A stretch of DNA of 60,166 bases, the filler included, from Sphacelaria rigidula (lineage: Eukaryota), in assembly GCA_964200075.2 (NCBI GenBank). It is 10 parts of 10 records of this genome, joined end to end, with 100 filler letters (N's around TTAATTAATTAA, not from the genome) between each part and the next. Parts side by side here need not be neighbours in the genome. Positions count along the whole stretch, not along the records: positions 36,163 to 42,088 come from CAXNAA020023434.1; positions 42,189 to 48,114 come from CAXNAA020023435.1; positions 48,215 to 54,140 come from CAXNAA020023436.1; 7 more parts are not named here. One strand, 5' to 3'. Position 1 is the first letter of the stretch. Each line of letters begins with the position of its first letter. The notes beneath the pieces were generated by a model. That model was not told where the DNA came from, did not search any database, and was given only the letters and a program-made list of their open reading frames with translations. This document shows, in pieces, positions 37,112-48,962 of this stretch. The translations under genes and the position numbers were made by a program.

Positions 37112-37345
37112 CAAGGGTTTACACGTTACACCCGTCAAGTTCACGTGTCACGTCAAAAGTCGTCAAAGGTCAAGCCAGGCTAGTACTACGGAGGGGGCAG
37201 GGACCACGTGGGGAGCCCTGATTTGACTTGACTTTTGAACAGGGCTCCCCACGTGGTCCCTGCCCCACCGTAGTACCAGCCTGGCTTGACTTCTGACTTC
37301 TGACTTCTGACGTGAAACGTAACGAGTGTAATATGTATAGCCTTC
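37112..37345. mobile_element. hAT-like foldback element containing a ~50-bp-stem hairpin (37169-37290)
   Basis: The left end caagggtttacacgttacac resembles the 21693 element. Arms 37169-37220 and 37240-37290 are near-perfect complements around a 19-nt loop. Confidence 0.7.
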
Positions 37346-39272
37346 ATGTCTCAGATTTGTCTATTCCGTGCTTTTATCGGTTAAGTTTGTCGCCCGTCCG
37401 CGATGAAAACTCCGACCCCAAGTTTCGACATCCGGTGTTGATATCGGAGGGGAGGGGGGTTCGGGCCACTTCTTGCATACAGGAGTCACGCCACGTTGAG
37501 GCGTCACTGCTGCAAGCGGGAAGTTCAATTTCAATGCTCCGGCCATCACTTGAACGCACGCAGTCATACCGCAGAATAACGTTTTCAGCCACATACCTAC
37601 AAGTGCACAGCGGGTGTGTAAGTTCGCCTGGCACACCCCTGTACGCCCTTCGTCCCGTGCAGTCTAGCAACCCCCCCCCGCCGCCCATCCGAACACCCTA
37701 CATATCGTAAAATTACTCCGACATGCACACTGGGCATAGCTGTTCATCTTAAGACGCCAAAAGAACGACCCACGCATAGCGCATCATTCTAGTGCTGCCT
37801 CGTAACACCCACAGGCAGCACAAGCGAAGGCAAAGAAACCTTTGGCACAATTCCCCGAGCAAGTATTAGTTTCTTTCCATGGTCAACATGACCACGGGTC
37901 ATGCAGAAAAATCTCAACCGATGAGTGGTTCGTCAGGGCGTCTGCTTCGACATTCTAACGCCCAGCATCGCCGTGCGCATGCCTGCCTATTTCGTTTCTC
38001 TCGTGACATGATGTATACCTTAATTTTGTGCAGGTTTTATAAGCATATAGCGGGAGCTCTCGCTCCTCTCCTCTCCTCCCCGTGTACCTACCTACCTACA
38101 CCAAGTGTATCATGAGAACGGTGATCGCATTTCAATGCCGTGTGAATTAAACAAAACGGGTTATGGAACACAACTCTGGTAAGTACGAGCAAAGGAAAAG
38201 GCAAGAAATCATTCCACTCAAGTACGGGAGATATTCGTCGCTGAATCATCATCAATGCATCTAATTAAAGCAGGCATCAACTGACCAGCAAAGGAGGGGA
38301 GACGAGAGAAGGGCAATAAAACAGGAAGAGAGATGAATACCCCCCCCTCCCCCGACATGAACCCACCGCATAACCCAGAAAGCCAATCCGAGTGTAGAAC
38401 GTATTCTCAACTTGATTGTGCCCCCCCCAAAGAAAACGCGTCCTCCTAGACAGATGTAGGAAGGGGAGGGAATGGAGAAAGACATATACCACTGACACAC
38501 AAAAATATAACGATGTTTTCGAACTGATTTTACTGTACCTATCGACATCTGGGAAAGCCAACTTCGAATACACAAAACGAATATACCACCCTGTATAACC
38601 CCCCGTACGCACCACACACGGTAAATTTGCTCTAGCCGACCTCACCGATATCGCACACCCACAACACTCCAACGACATAGTGAAATACCGCTTTCACCAT
38701 ATCCGTTGATGGGGGACAAAAAAAATACCATCACCACCACCATCGGCTGCAGCACGCACGAAGGCGGAAAAGAACAGTTCCAAACAGGTGTGAAGCAGTC
38801 AATATGTTAACTCCCTGCGACACAGCTCAGAATACCATCAGCTTATACTAGACTACGTTTCACGTTGGCACACGTTCAGTCTCTCTGGGCAATGGCCATC
38901 CTCGTTTTTCTCGGTGTTCAAGATCCAACAGTTTCTTGCCCACCATCGATCGAATAACCAGAATGAGTCCAAAAAGAAATCAATTCAGACCAGATCAATT
39001 CATTACCAAATTAACCCAAGACCAAATAAATTCAAAGACCAACTTAATTCAGATGAAACCAATTCAGAAAAAAACAGGAGAATGAGTCCAGAAAACAAAA
39101 TAAAAATACAACACCAGCAGGGAAAGAGAGAGTGAACGGGGTCATATGTCGATGTTACGCAAAAAGGAAACAAAAAACGCGAAAAACAACCAACAAACTT
39201 CAAAGGGTTTAGATAGTGGTCGACCAGTAAAATGACGTTCTTGTATCAGCGCCGTCGGTGTTTGCGCGTGTG

Positions 39273-39371
39273 TCAAAGCGCCACCGGACTGGATTTCTTG
39301 ACCTGAGCACGTTGCCGCTGCATCCAAGACGATCCCGGCGAGGCGTCGGCCCCACGAATCTGATCCGTTAC
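39273..39371 (-). CDS. Putative terminal exon of an unidentified gene
   Basis: tcacag acceptor, then VTDQIRGADASPGSSWMQRQRAQVKKSSPVAL*. GC-rich, and phase-compatible with 40773-40822. Confidence 0.45.
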   Translation of the reverse strand, partial: VTDQIRGADASPGSSWMQRQRAQVKKSSPVAL

Positions 39372-39440
39372 CTGTGACGGCGAATGAAGCGAAGGACGTG
39401 AGAGGCCAAAACCATCTATAATCATATCAACAGTAACACT

Positions 39441-39493
39441 AACAGCAACAACAACAACAACCACAACAACAACAACAACAACAACAACAACCA
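39441..39493. repeat. (CAA)n microsatellite
   Basis: Read directly. A (TAT)n tract also lies at about 55771-55809. Confidence 0.95.
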
Positions 39494-40772
39494 CAAAAAA
39501 ATGATATCAAACTCAAAACCCAAGCGATTAACGACCTCAAGAAGGACATAGATATCATCAACGACAACGACTGTATGAGGATAACGTAATGCGTGCCCAA
39601 TCGTTTGGGGTTTTCTCTATTGGGAGTAGGGACGATGCTGGGCAACCAGGTCACCGGGGTTTTTTCGCTCGCGTTTTTTTGGCGGTAACATGATGGTAAT
39701 TGCGCTGGATCATATTGTGCGGGGTGGGAGAACCTCAACCCCGCGCAAAGGGAGTGATCGTACTACGTGTTTAAATGGTGAGACACTCATGAGGCAGTGT
39801 GTTATTCGTGGTTGTCTCTGAGAGTGACGAAAATGAAGCAAATCATTGTACGTTGTCGTCCATATGCAAGAATGTCAGTAGGCTTCGGGCCGAAGAATCT
39901 TAGCAGGATGCAGCTCATCCTTCGTGCGACTCGCCGAACACATCACGACACTTAGCGCCTGGTGATACGAGCCTGGTCCGGCGAAAACCCGGCGTGCTCC
40001 GTCCTGGCTTCGCAGGGATGCGAGGTCAGTGGTCATATGACTACGGTACGCAAGATCGTAACGACATCCCCTATTTTTCTCCTCCCACATTGGACGGTAG
40101 CGAGAAAACCTTCACTATAATAAGTGGTATAGATGGTGGCTACAGACGGCGAAACAGGGCGGGGATAAGATTTGACTGATTTGCTTGAGGAGAGTACTGA
40201 TCCAATACCTGACAGCCAAGTGCCAGGCGGGGACTGTAAGCGGGGAAAATTGGGTTTCATTATTCTTTTAGACTGCGGACTCGTTTCGAAGGAACGGGAG
40301 ATGATCGAAAGTATCACCGACGGAGGAAGGAAAAAAGGGGGGGGGAAATGATGAAGGTTGCTACGGTGTTCCGGTGTTCCGCTTAAACCCAATGTCGTGT
40401 ACAAGTACCGTACAAAAATAGCACGGATGACAAGGTGCAGAAAACAGCAACGACAACAAACGGCTACTGCATTCCGTCATACGTAGTAGTTGATTCTACC
40501 GTCGCCAACCACAGCATGTGCAGAGAAGGAGGGGCGTACTCATTTGTTGCTTGCCTTAGTCATTTGACCATTGACCACGCATCCCTCTCGAGACGGAGCA
40601 GACGGAGCAGGGGCGGGGGGGGTGTACTCATGATCGTGCACACCATAGTCGTAAACAATACCATTGACCTCGTACCCATACAAAGCCGGGACGAAGCACG
40701 CTGGGTTTTCGCCGGACCAGGCTCGCTGTAGGGGGGCGGGGGGTGATGACATACGTGGAACAGGTACTGTAC

Positions 40773-40822
40773 CTTTTTGGCGAACTCCGGGTCGTTCTTC
40801 GTCTCCTCCTTGTAGAACCGAA
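40773..40822 (-). CDS. Putative short exon of the same unidentified gene
   Basis: RFYKEETKNDPEFAKK with host-like codon usage, an aag acceptor and AAG|GTAC donor. An alternative donor lies 18 nt further on. Confidence 0.45.
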
Positions 40823-42769
40823 CTTGGCGTAGCAACAAAAGGACAAGAAACGACAAGACCAAAATTCTGTCATCAAAACAGACGCATAATAATTCCACCG
40901 GAGTAGAGATAGGTTGATCGACCTTTTCACATTACGGACTCATCCCGTGGAGGGTGCGTGCGGGCGAGTTGAAAGTGTGACGAAAAAATGGCAAAAAACA
41001 AAGTAGTAATAGAAACGATGACGATGAGGACAATGATAAACAATGTTTCCGTGAGATTGACAGGGAAGAGCGGTCAATTAGTTCATTAATCGCTTCAGTT
41101 CCGAAATATCCCTCCACGAGGTCCGATATGCTCTCTGTAGCAGTAGTAGTCCGCCACTGAGGCCCTTCATACCTCTGAGTAGGATATCGACATGTGGCTT
41201 CAAGCACACGCGGAATGAAAAAATCGCTCAGTTGAAGCTAATGATCAAAGCCACTCTCAATCAACGCTCTACTCTCAATCTCACTAAAACGTTAATAATG
41301 ATCCAAACGATGATGGCGATAAATGATCACGACATTTTTGTTGATGAAAAATAAATAAATATGCAACTACATATCACTACAGCCTGAGTACGCGGAAATG
41401 TATACCTACAACTCGAGTCACAGAAGACATGTCATGTAGTATAGGATACAGTACGGGTCACCAAAATCAACAAGTTCATGCTATACGAAGTATATAGCTC
41501 GGGTGAGCCAGATTCTTTCAGCAACACTGGATCTAGACAACGACAATAAATCTTGAAGGGTCGGTAGGTTTGCTTGGCAGTTTTGTGTCTGCAGCCGATC
41601 TCAAGCCGCATGACTGAGTAGTGTTTCACATCAAAGGCATTCATTTCCTGACTTTTCACACATCAAGGAAGCCTCAGAGCGGCGCTAAACGACGAACACC
41701 GTAAAGTATTTCCTAGGCTCACTTGTGACGTCAACATGATACCTATCCCCCTCCTGGTTCTCAAGATCTGATGCACAAGCGGAGGTCTTTGAAGCCCTCT
41801 GACCCCATATCGTTTGCCCCCTTCATCAGCAAACCTGCCATAGACGCGAAATCCCAAACATTAACCTAAACGGACCACTCCAGAGGAGTCAGGTTGCCTT
41901 ACCGTTTTCGAGGAGAAGGATGTCTCCATTGTTCATGCCATCCACCATTGTCGTCACCTATACCGCGCGGCGCATTACAATGGGGCAGCAGCGACTGTTG
42001 GAACATTCAAGTTACGAGAGCTCGGGGTGGGGTGGGGTGGGGGGGGGGGGGGGGCGCTTACTATTATCCCTCGAAAAGCTCGAAGCACNNNNNNNNNNNN
42101 NNNNNNNNNNNNNNNNNNNNNNNNNNNNNNNNTTAATTAATTAANNNNNNNNNNNNNNNNNNNNNNNNNNNNNNNNNNNNNNNNNNNNAACTCTAAATAT
42201 TTGCCGGCGCATCCGCCTGCAAACTTTCATGCAGCCTCTAGGCTGGCCCAGCTCGTATGTCAAAACACTTCGATCGTCTTCGAGCCCACTCCTTCCGTCT
42301 GGGCGATGTCGCGTAGTCCGCTACTGCATACACAGGGTGTGCGAATCCTCGGTGCGAAATTGGGATATTTGCCATAACCCACCGTTTCTCGCGGAGTCGT
42401 CTAAATCGCTATAAAAAAATAATCCCCGGCGTTACGCCGGGAGTGATCCACTCGAAGAATTCGCCCTTAGCTTAGCGGCTGTTGTGCTAGCGTTCCGATC
42501 CATCGATTCCGTACCATGTTTCGCCCCCGCGCTAAGAACTCGGGTCGGAAACTGAGATTTGATGGCCCGGACGCCCCGCTTCTCTTCGTTTTTGAAACTG
42601 TCACCCAACACCGTAGCGTCTACATCTAGGGCGCGCACAGAGATGCACTATTAATAGTGGTATTTCCGACGATATCATGATCATTTTGTGTGCCTTATTT
42701 TGTGCTTCAAGCATCCCATGAGCCTGGGATCCCACGTTCTTCAGCCTGGTGTCAGAAATGCACGCTGCT

Positions 42770-43130
42770 GGTGTGTGTTGCGTCATCCCATCTATTCTGG
42801 ACGCCAGTGTCCACCTGCACCTTTCAGTATATGTGGGCACATCGGTCGGGGTCACACAGGAAAAAGGTCGACACAGGAGTTTTTTTGTTTTTACTTCACT
42901 CTCCTTCTGCGGTTCTTACCTTGCTTTTTTGTCGCGAGAAGAGTTTAGCAGTCCCTTTCCCTCGTCGACCGTAAAGTCGAATTTTTGTGTACCCACCACA
43001 TGGTCACTCTCCACTGTTGGGCATGATGTGGGAGTAAATCCCACAGCGTGTGACGTCCTCAAGATTCAAACCCATGTCTCTACCATCAGAAGTTTTTGAG
43101 ATTACCAACTGAGCCACCGGGGCGACCGGT
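42770..43130 (-). mobile_element. Near full-length tRNA-derived SINE with (CA)n tail
   Basis: The minus strand begins accggtcgccccGGTGGCTCAGTTGG…GGTTTGAATC (A and B boxes). The body is shared with 5198-5482 and 51815-52045. Confidence 0.85.
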
Positions 43131-43615
43131 AGGTGGTGAACCAAGATATTCGGTTACACTCGACCCACGCTCGACCTTGGTACAGACAATATTGAACTGA
43201 CAGGCCGCTGTCTGTACGCGACGCAAGTCTTTGAGAAGTCACAATCGGTCGGGGGTTTACAAGTCCCCCGACAAAGTAGAATGATGATCGAGTGCACGAT
43301 GGACACGTGAGCTCCTGGCCTTTCCAGGAATGCTGTCAGCCTTGTGTGCCGCGGCAATCCATGATATCCCAAAACTGCAAACGACAAAAACGTTGACTCC
43401 CGGCACTCTGCAGATATCGGTTTCCTTGTAGACGTATTTGTGGTGCACTTCATCATGGAACCACACCCCCCACCCCCTACCAGCGACACTGAAGAGTTAC
43501 GGAGTAAATATCTGAGTAACAATGGAGGATTCCCCGGGTTAGATGAATATTCGTGCTCCCCCCCCCCCCCACACACACACACACACACGCACGCGCGCAC
43601 ACACGGAAACGGCAG

Positions 43616-43796
43616 ATTCGCCGAGAGATTTCCTCTGAGCCCTGAGTTGTGGGAGGAGTGGATACAGGATAGGAAAGCGTCTGGTGGCGACGAGATGCTC
43701 GAAGATGTGCTGGCTCTGTATCGGCGTGCGTTCGGGGACTACCAGTGCGGCAACCTATGGCTGGGTTATCTCAAGACCCTCGAGGAATCTTTGGAT
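43616..43796 (+). CDS. SART3: SART3/Prp24-like HAT-repeat U4/U6 recycling factor, exon
   Basis: FAERFPLSPELWEEWIQD…LYRRAFGDYQCGNLWLGY matches the SART3 'FPL..ELW.EW..DE…A..DY….W..Y' pattern. GTAAG donor. Confidence 0.88.
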
Positions 43797-44289
43797 GTAA
43801 GCACACCTTCACGCCCACTTTTCCAAGACAGCATGGTTGATATTCAAACGCGTTTTCGCTTTCAGCACAGCGTGATGGTATTTTTCGAGTGCGACTGCAG
43901 TGTCGGTCAGACGTGAAGTCTACAGTGTATATGCCATATTCATCCTATATACTGTCTGCTACTGTCTGCACAAGACATGGTTGACTAAGAACAAGCACGT
44001 TTCCTCCTTTCACTACTGCTGCTGCTGCTGCTGCCGCTCCTGCTACTACTACTAGTACTACACGTCACAAAGCGTTTCCCCCCCCAATGCAGTCCTCTGT
44101 GAAAGTGTAGAATCATCATTCCTCTTCCCTCTTCTCTGCACACGGAGTATTCAGCGGAAACTCGAGCGGCGAAGACGCAAAATTGCATTCCACAGCATTC
44201 CACACAGTGGAGGCAGAGCGAGCGCTCTACTGTGAGAATGACCTTACATGGCACTAACATTTCACACACACGCACACACACGCGCGCGC

Positions 44290-44325
<36 letters not shown>

Positions 44326-44502
44326 CCTGCCGCCCCCCTGGGGGCGGGGGGGGGGAGGGGGCGCGGGGGGGGAGGGGCGGGGNNNNNNNNNNAAGACCTT
44401 ACCTTGCCCCAACCCTTCCCCCCCCCCCCCCCCCCCCCCCGCGCGCCCCCCCCCCCCCCCCCCGTCGGCCTATCCCTGGGGTCACACGTTCGATGGCGTC
44501 AG

Positions 44503-44687
44503 GAAGATGACCCTGCGGTAGTGGACAAGATGCGAGAAGCGTTCGAAGAGGCTCTGGGACGGGTCGGGGTGCACCCTTTGCTGGGCGGTGCGGTGTGGGA
44601 AGCATACCTGGTGTTTGAGAAAGACGAGCTAGAAGACGCCCAAGAGACGGAGGCTGGGGACACGGAAGTGTCGAAGGCCCTGGAAAG
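44503..44687 (+). CDS. SART3: SART3-like exon ending at a GC donor
   Basis: KMREAFEEALGRVGVHPLLGGAVWEAYLVFE. Ends AAG|GCGAGG in phase 2. Confidence 0.85.
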
Positions 44688-45186
44688 GCGAGGGGCGTTT
44701 TTTTTTTGTTACAATATAGAAGTAGGATCATATGGTGACTGATGGCGGCGATGCGGTGATTGTCACATGTGATGGGGTCGTCCTCCACGTGCGCAAAAAG
44801 TCTCACGCCTATAGATGGGCTGGACACCAATCGCACTCGTCTCTTTGTCGTAATGTCCCATTGATGGATTGATCGATTGGTGCACATGAAATGATACGTT
44901 ACAAAATCCAGTCGAGGCCACATGATGGGCGGAAACATTCGCGGATGGGCTATTGGGCTCATGGGCAAATGGAAATCCGAAAAAAAGGATAGGATGAAGG
45001 AGCAAAAACAAAAACCAACAGGACGACACAACGACGAGAGTAAACTGGGAGAGATGAGTAGTGCGATTTGCATTTCCCGCTCTGAGATCACACACACACA
45101 ACACGCGCGCGTGCGGGAGTATGACGTACAAGGATTGTACACCATCCGCCCCGCTACCGCCCCCGTGTTTGTGAATATGCAAGCAG

Positions 45187-45328
45187 AGTTAAGCGGCTTT
45201 ACCGTCGCCAGCTCTCTGTTCCGCTGGTCGGTAACGAGAAAGTGCTCCCGGATATGTGTCAAGCTTTCTCTGGGGATGAAGCTGGGTTGAAGGAAGCTTC
45301 GAGGGGACACGCGCAGGCCAGCAAAATG
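45187..45328 (+). CDS. SART3: SART3-like exon
   Basis: (R)VKRLYRRQLSVPLVG…QASKM contains the HAT motif 'L.RRQL..PL'. gcag acceptor in phase 2 and GTGAG donor. Absent from the ORF track. Confidence 0.88.
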
Positions 45329-45588
45329 GTGAGAGCCTGTATGGTCTCGCAACAATGTTTTTTGTTCGATTCAAGCGTACAATTGTGAGGAAATAGGGTA
45401 TTGCTTAAGAGGAGTGATTTATTTATGCACACGTTAGGCGGTAGCGTACCAGAATTAGCAGTGGACGAACAAACCACCATTTTTGGTTTTGAAAAAAAAC
45501 TGTTGTGTTTTTTGTTTTGTCCTCTGTTTGTTTTTCGGTAATTAATTTATCATGGCAAATCGCAGAGTGGCCGTCTGGAACTATCAAC

Positions 45589-46312
45589 GGGGGGCGTACT
45601 CATGTTGTTGCTTGCCTTCGTCATTTGACTATTGATACGCATCCCTCACGAGACGGAGCACCCTACAAACGGGGGAGGGGTCTGTAAAGCATAGGAACTA
45701 GTTACAAAGCGCAGTGTTGGACCGATGCTCATCCACTCTGGCGCATCACAAGAGTTTGTTGTGTCAACACCCCCCGCGCCATCCCCCGAAGAGATATGTA
45801 AAATGTTTCCGTGTAATGTATGGAAGACACGTACGTAACTAGCGCCCAAATGTGGTCAATTGTCAAACGACTGAGGCAAGCAACAAATGAGTACGACCCC
45901 CCCCCTCCCCCCTCCCACACAAGGAGACACGTGTAAAAGGTTTTCGTGTAACGTATGGAACAAATGATCGCCCAAATGTTGAAGATGTTTCTACTAGTAG
46001 TAGGGACGGTGCTCAGACTCGCAAGGGATGCGTGGTCAATGGTCAAACAAATGAGCACAGTACGCCCCCCTCCCCCCCCCTCCCAAAAAAAGAGCTTTCG
46101 ATACTTTGGATGGCAGCGGGAAAACAATCGCTTTTCTAGGACATGGGTGGTGGCCACAATCGGCGAAACAGGATGGGGATACGCTATGTAAAAGGTCCCT
46201 GTGTTGTATATGGAAGCAACGTAATGAATAGGAACAGTGCTCCGGTTCGGAAGGGATACATAGTCAATAGTACAATGACTAAGGCAGGCAACAAATGAGT
46301 GCGCTCCCCCGC
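45589..46312. repeat. Cluster of four C-tract-ended repeats (subfamily B, ends …GCAAGCAACAAATGAGTACGCCCC)
   Basis: Copies at 45589-45660 (reverse), about 45845-45915, 46005-46084 and 46235-46312. Others lie at 17220-17305, 24540-24640, 40529-40600 and 48215-48255. Confidence 0.85.
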
Positions 46313-46998
46313 CCTTTCAAGGATTGGCGTCGATAGGCAACGGCGCTGTAAAACATGCCACTCACCGCGTAAGCTAAGTAATCAGGCGGCCTTTGTTATT
46401 TGCTTGCATTTTTATTTTTTTCGCGGTAACCATGCCGTTGGTCGAGCCAGATCATATCGTGCGGCGTGGGAGAACCTCAACTCCGCGCAAGAGGGATGAT
46501 CGTACAACGTAGTGTTTACATGGTTGGACACTCGTGAGGTAGTGCATGAGCCGTGACTGTCTCTGGCAGTGACTATGCCAGAAAATAAAGCAACTCATTG
46601 GAGGCTATCATCCATGTGCAAGATAATTAGTAGGCTTCGGGACGAACAATCTTGGCATCGCGCACCCTTCATGCGAGTTGCCGAACACATCACTGTGCTT
46701 CGCGCTCGGTGATTGATTGTGAGCCCGGTCCGTCGAGAACCCGGCGTGCTCTATCCCTCGTTTGCAGGTATGCGAGATCAATGTTCTTATGGCTATGGCA
46801 TGCAAGATCATGACCACGCACCCCTTTTTCCTTTCCCTTCGCAGCCATTCGATGCATGGAATTCCTCGAAAAAAACACCATGATCGATATCCGGGAGAAC
46901 TTGTTCAAGCGTCTTTTTTCAACTCTCGTCTCGTTCTTTTCGTTTGTTTTTCTTCAATGTTTCTTGTTATTGTTCTTCCTGATGATATTTTGAGAAAG

Positions 46999-47085
46999 CT
47001 CGCAGCTCGCATGGAGCATGAGGCCGCGGTAGCACGATGTCAGCAGGAAGATCGCGCAGGATCTAAAATGGCCAATACTTGGGAG
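46999..47085 (+). CDS. SART3: SART3-like exon
   Basis: LAARMEHEAAVARCQQEDRAGSKMANTWE, an 87-nt phase-0 exon with a GTGAG donor. Confidence 0.78.
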
Positions 47086-47329
47086 GTGAGGTGGAGTACT
47101 GTCGAGTGGCGGTGCGGGAGGGGTGATGGGGGGAATAGGTTCCTTGCCTGTGCGTCGCTGAAAAGAGACCAAGGTAATCCGAGTGGGGGATCTAATTGAT
47201 CTAATTGCTGCACGTGACGTGGGCCTAACGGGGAATGTTTTCACTCATTTGGCCTTTTGTGTACTGTTCATTTAATGTGAGATGGTCCATCAATACATGA
47301 ATCGATGTGTCTGTTGTGTACTTTTCAAG

Positions 47330-47479
47330 GCGTACGCTGGCATGGAGGTGGCGGAGGGTCACCCTTCGAGAGCGGCCCTTGTGCTGGAGAGGGCGGAATC
47401 GGAGGGCTGCTGCCTTCACGAGAGGATATGGATCACCCACTCGGATTTGTTGCTGGCCTGTATGGGGGCGCAAGACTTG
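47330..47479 (+). CDS. SART3: SART3-like exon
   Basis: AYAGMEVAEGHPSRAALVLERAESEGCCLHERIWITHSDLL matches 'AY..FE…G.P.R….ERA….C….W'. GTAAG donor. Confidence 0.88.
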
Positions 47480-48339
47480 GTAAGTCCGTCTAGATATCTT
47501 CTGGTGCACGTACAATACTGGGCGCCTGAACTATTCATGTTGTAATTTCTTCGTATTTGGCCATTTTCTTGGGCCCTTTCGCTTGACACCGCTCATCACA
47601 GTGGGAATCTGAAGATACTTGCATCCGCTCCACATTCAAATAAAAAAAATCATCTGTACTCACTATTGAGTGATTTACGGACTGACCAGTCATCGGAGGT
47701 CCTGACACGTTACAGCCCAGATTATTTCTTCGGTATTTTCGGTCGATCGAGCCTGTCCCGATCGTATTTGTCGAAAATTGTACAGTTTCATTTTTATTTT
47801 TATTCTACGCGGTCATTGCACTATAGCCGAAAAACTGTGTTTCACGGTCAATAACACCCTCCTGGAAAAACGGGATTTCTACTCGTATCGCCCGATAAAA
47901 CCAAGTAACATTAACCCTTTTGGGACCGGACCCCCACTAACACAGGGTTCACCCCGTGTTAATGAAATAATTGAAAATATGTATTCGAGCGACCTGCCCA
48001 ATCACGGCGAGGCGAAAATTATCGACCAGACCCCAACCACCAGCGCAGGGATTGTTGTCGAGTGTGATGCCACCGCAAAGATCGTGTGGGGGCCCTATCC
48101 CTGGCCCCGATAAGNNNNNNNNNNNNNNNNNNNNNNNNNNNNNNNNNNNNNNNNNNNNTTAATTAATTAANNNNNNNNNNNNNNNNNNNNNNNNNNNNNN
48201 NNNNNNNNNNNNNNACTAAGGCAAGCAACAAAAGAGTACGCCCCCCCCTCCCCCCAATCGTACATCTCACCACCCCTCGTGTAGGCATGGTATGAACAGC
48301 TCCGCCTACAGTAACCAACACCGAAAACATGCAGCCCAC

Positions 48340-48623
48340 CTTTGCCCCGACATCGGCAATGTTATTATCCACAGCCCAGTGCTCGGTGATGGCCGCTCCC
48401 GTGGCACCGCCCGCCACCCCGCACGCCGCCTTGAAGACCGATGCGAGGCATATTAGGCGCAAGAAACGGCCACCCTCGCGGAAAGCGGACAGCGGGGCCA
48501 GCATTTCGAGAGCGAGGCCGACGTCGTTCGAAGCGTCGGCGAACAGACGCCAGGTCTTGATGTTCACGCCGAAGTTTGCGGATGCGGCAGACGTAAATAG
48601 CAGACCGCCAATCATACTCGCGC
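48340..48623 (-). CDS. RUS1 / DUF647 (root UVB sensitive family), exon
   Basis: (G)ASMIGGLLF…KTWRLFADASNDVGLALEMLAP…KAACGVAGGATGAAITEHWAVDNNIADVGAK, with a phase-1 join. Confidence 0.93.
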
Positions 48624-48842
48624 CTGATCCGACATCATGATCGTTTTCAAATTCATGTACAAAAATATTAGTTCAACATGCACGTGTAATTTCATGTAGA
48701 TGGACATATTAAGGAAAGTCGTATACTTGTGTGTGTATTATATACTCCGAGTATATATATGTGTGTGTGTTCATGAACATGTTATCATTGAAAATGATGA
48801 AGACGCTTCCATTTCTATTCGGGATGTGTGGGGGCAAAGCAT

Positions 48843-48962
48843 TCAGATTCTTGAGGCGGCATTAGCATACAGTCGCCAGGTCTTGACGCTCACGCCACGA
48901 TTTGCGGATGCGCCACGCCAGAGCAGACCCGCGACCCAGAGCAGGGCGGCCTTCATGCTCGA
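48843..48962 (-). pseudogene. Diverged partial duplicate of the adjacent RUS exon
   Basis: SSMKAALLWVAGLLWRGASANRGVSVKTWRLYANAASRI* versus ASMIGGLLFTSAASANFGVNIKTWRLFADASND. The DNA shares gcatccgcaaa and tcaagacctggcg. Confidence 0.8.

Noticed and set aside
41432..41659. Copia RNase H C-terminus (FDVKHY resembling HIDVKHH)
   Set aside because: The downstream AD..TK motif is absent and the resemblance is too weak.
43060..43130. tRNA gene
   Set aside because: It has A and B boxes but no convincing cloverleaf, and it is fused to a multicopy body with a (CA)n tail, so it is a SINE head. The same applies to 16242, 33920 and 49370.
44290..44465. Polyproline-encoding or G-quadruplex tract in the SART3-like gene
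   Set aside because: It is intronic, contains an internal N gap, and looks like low-quality homopolymer sequence.
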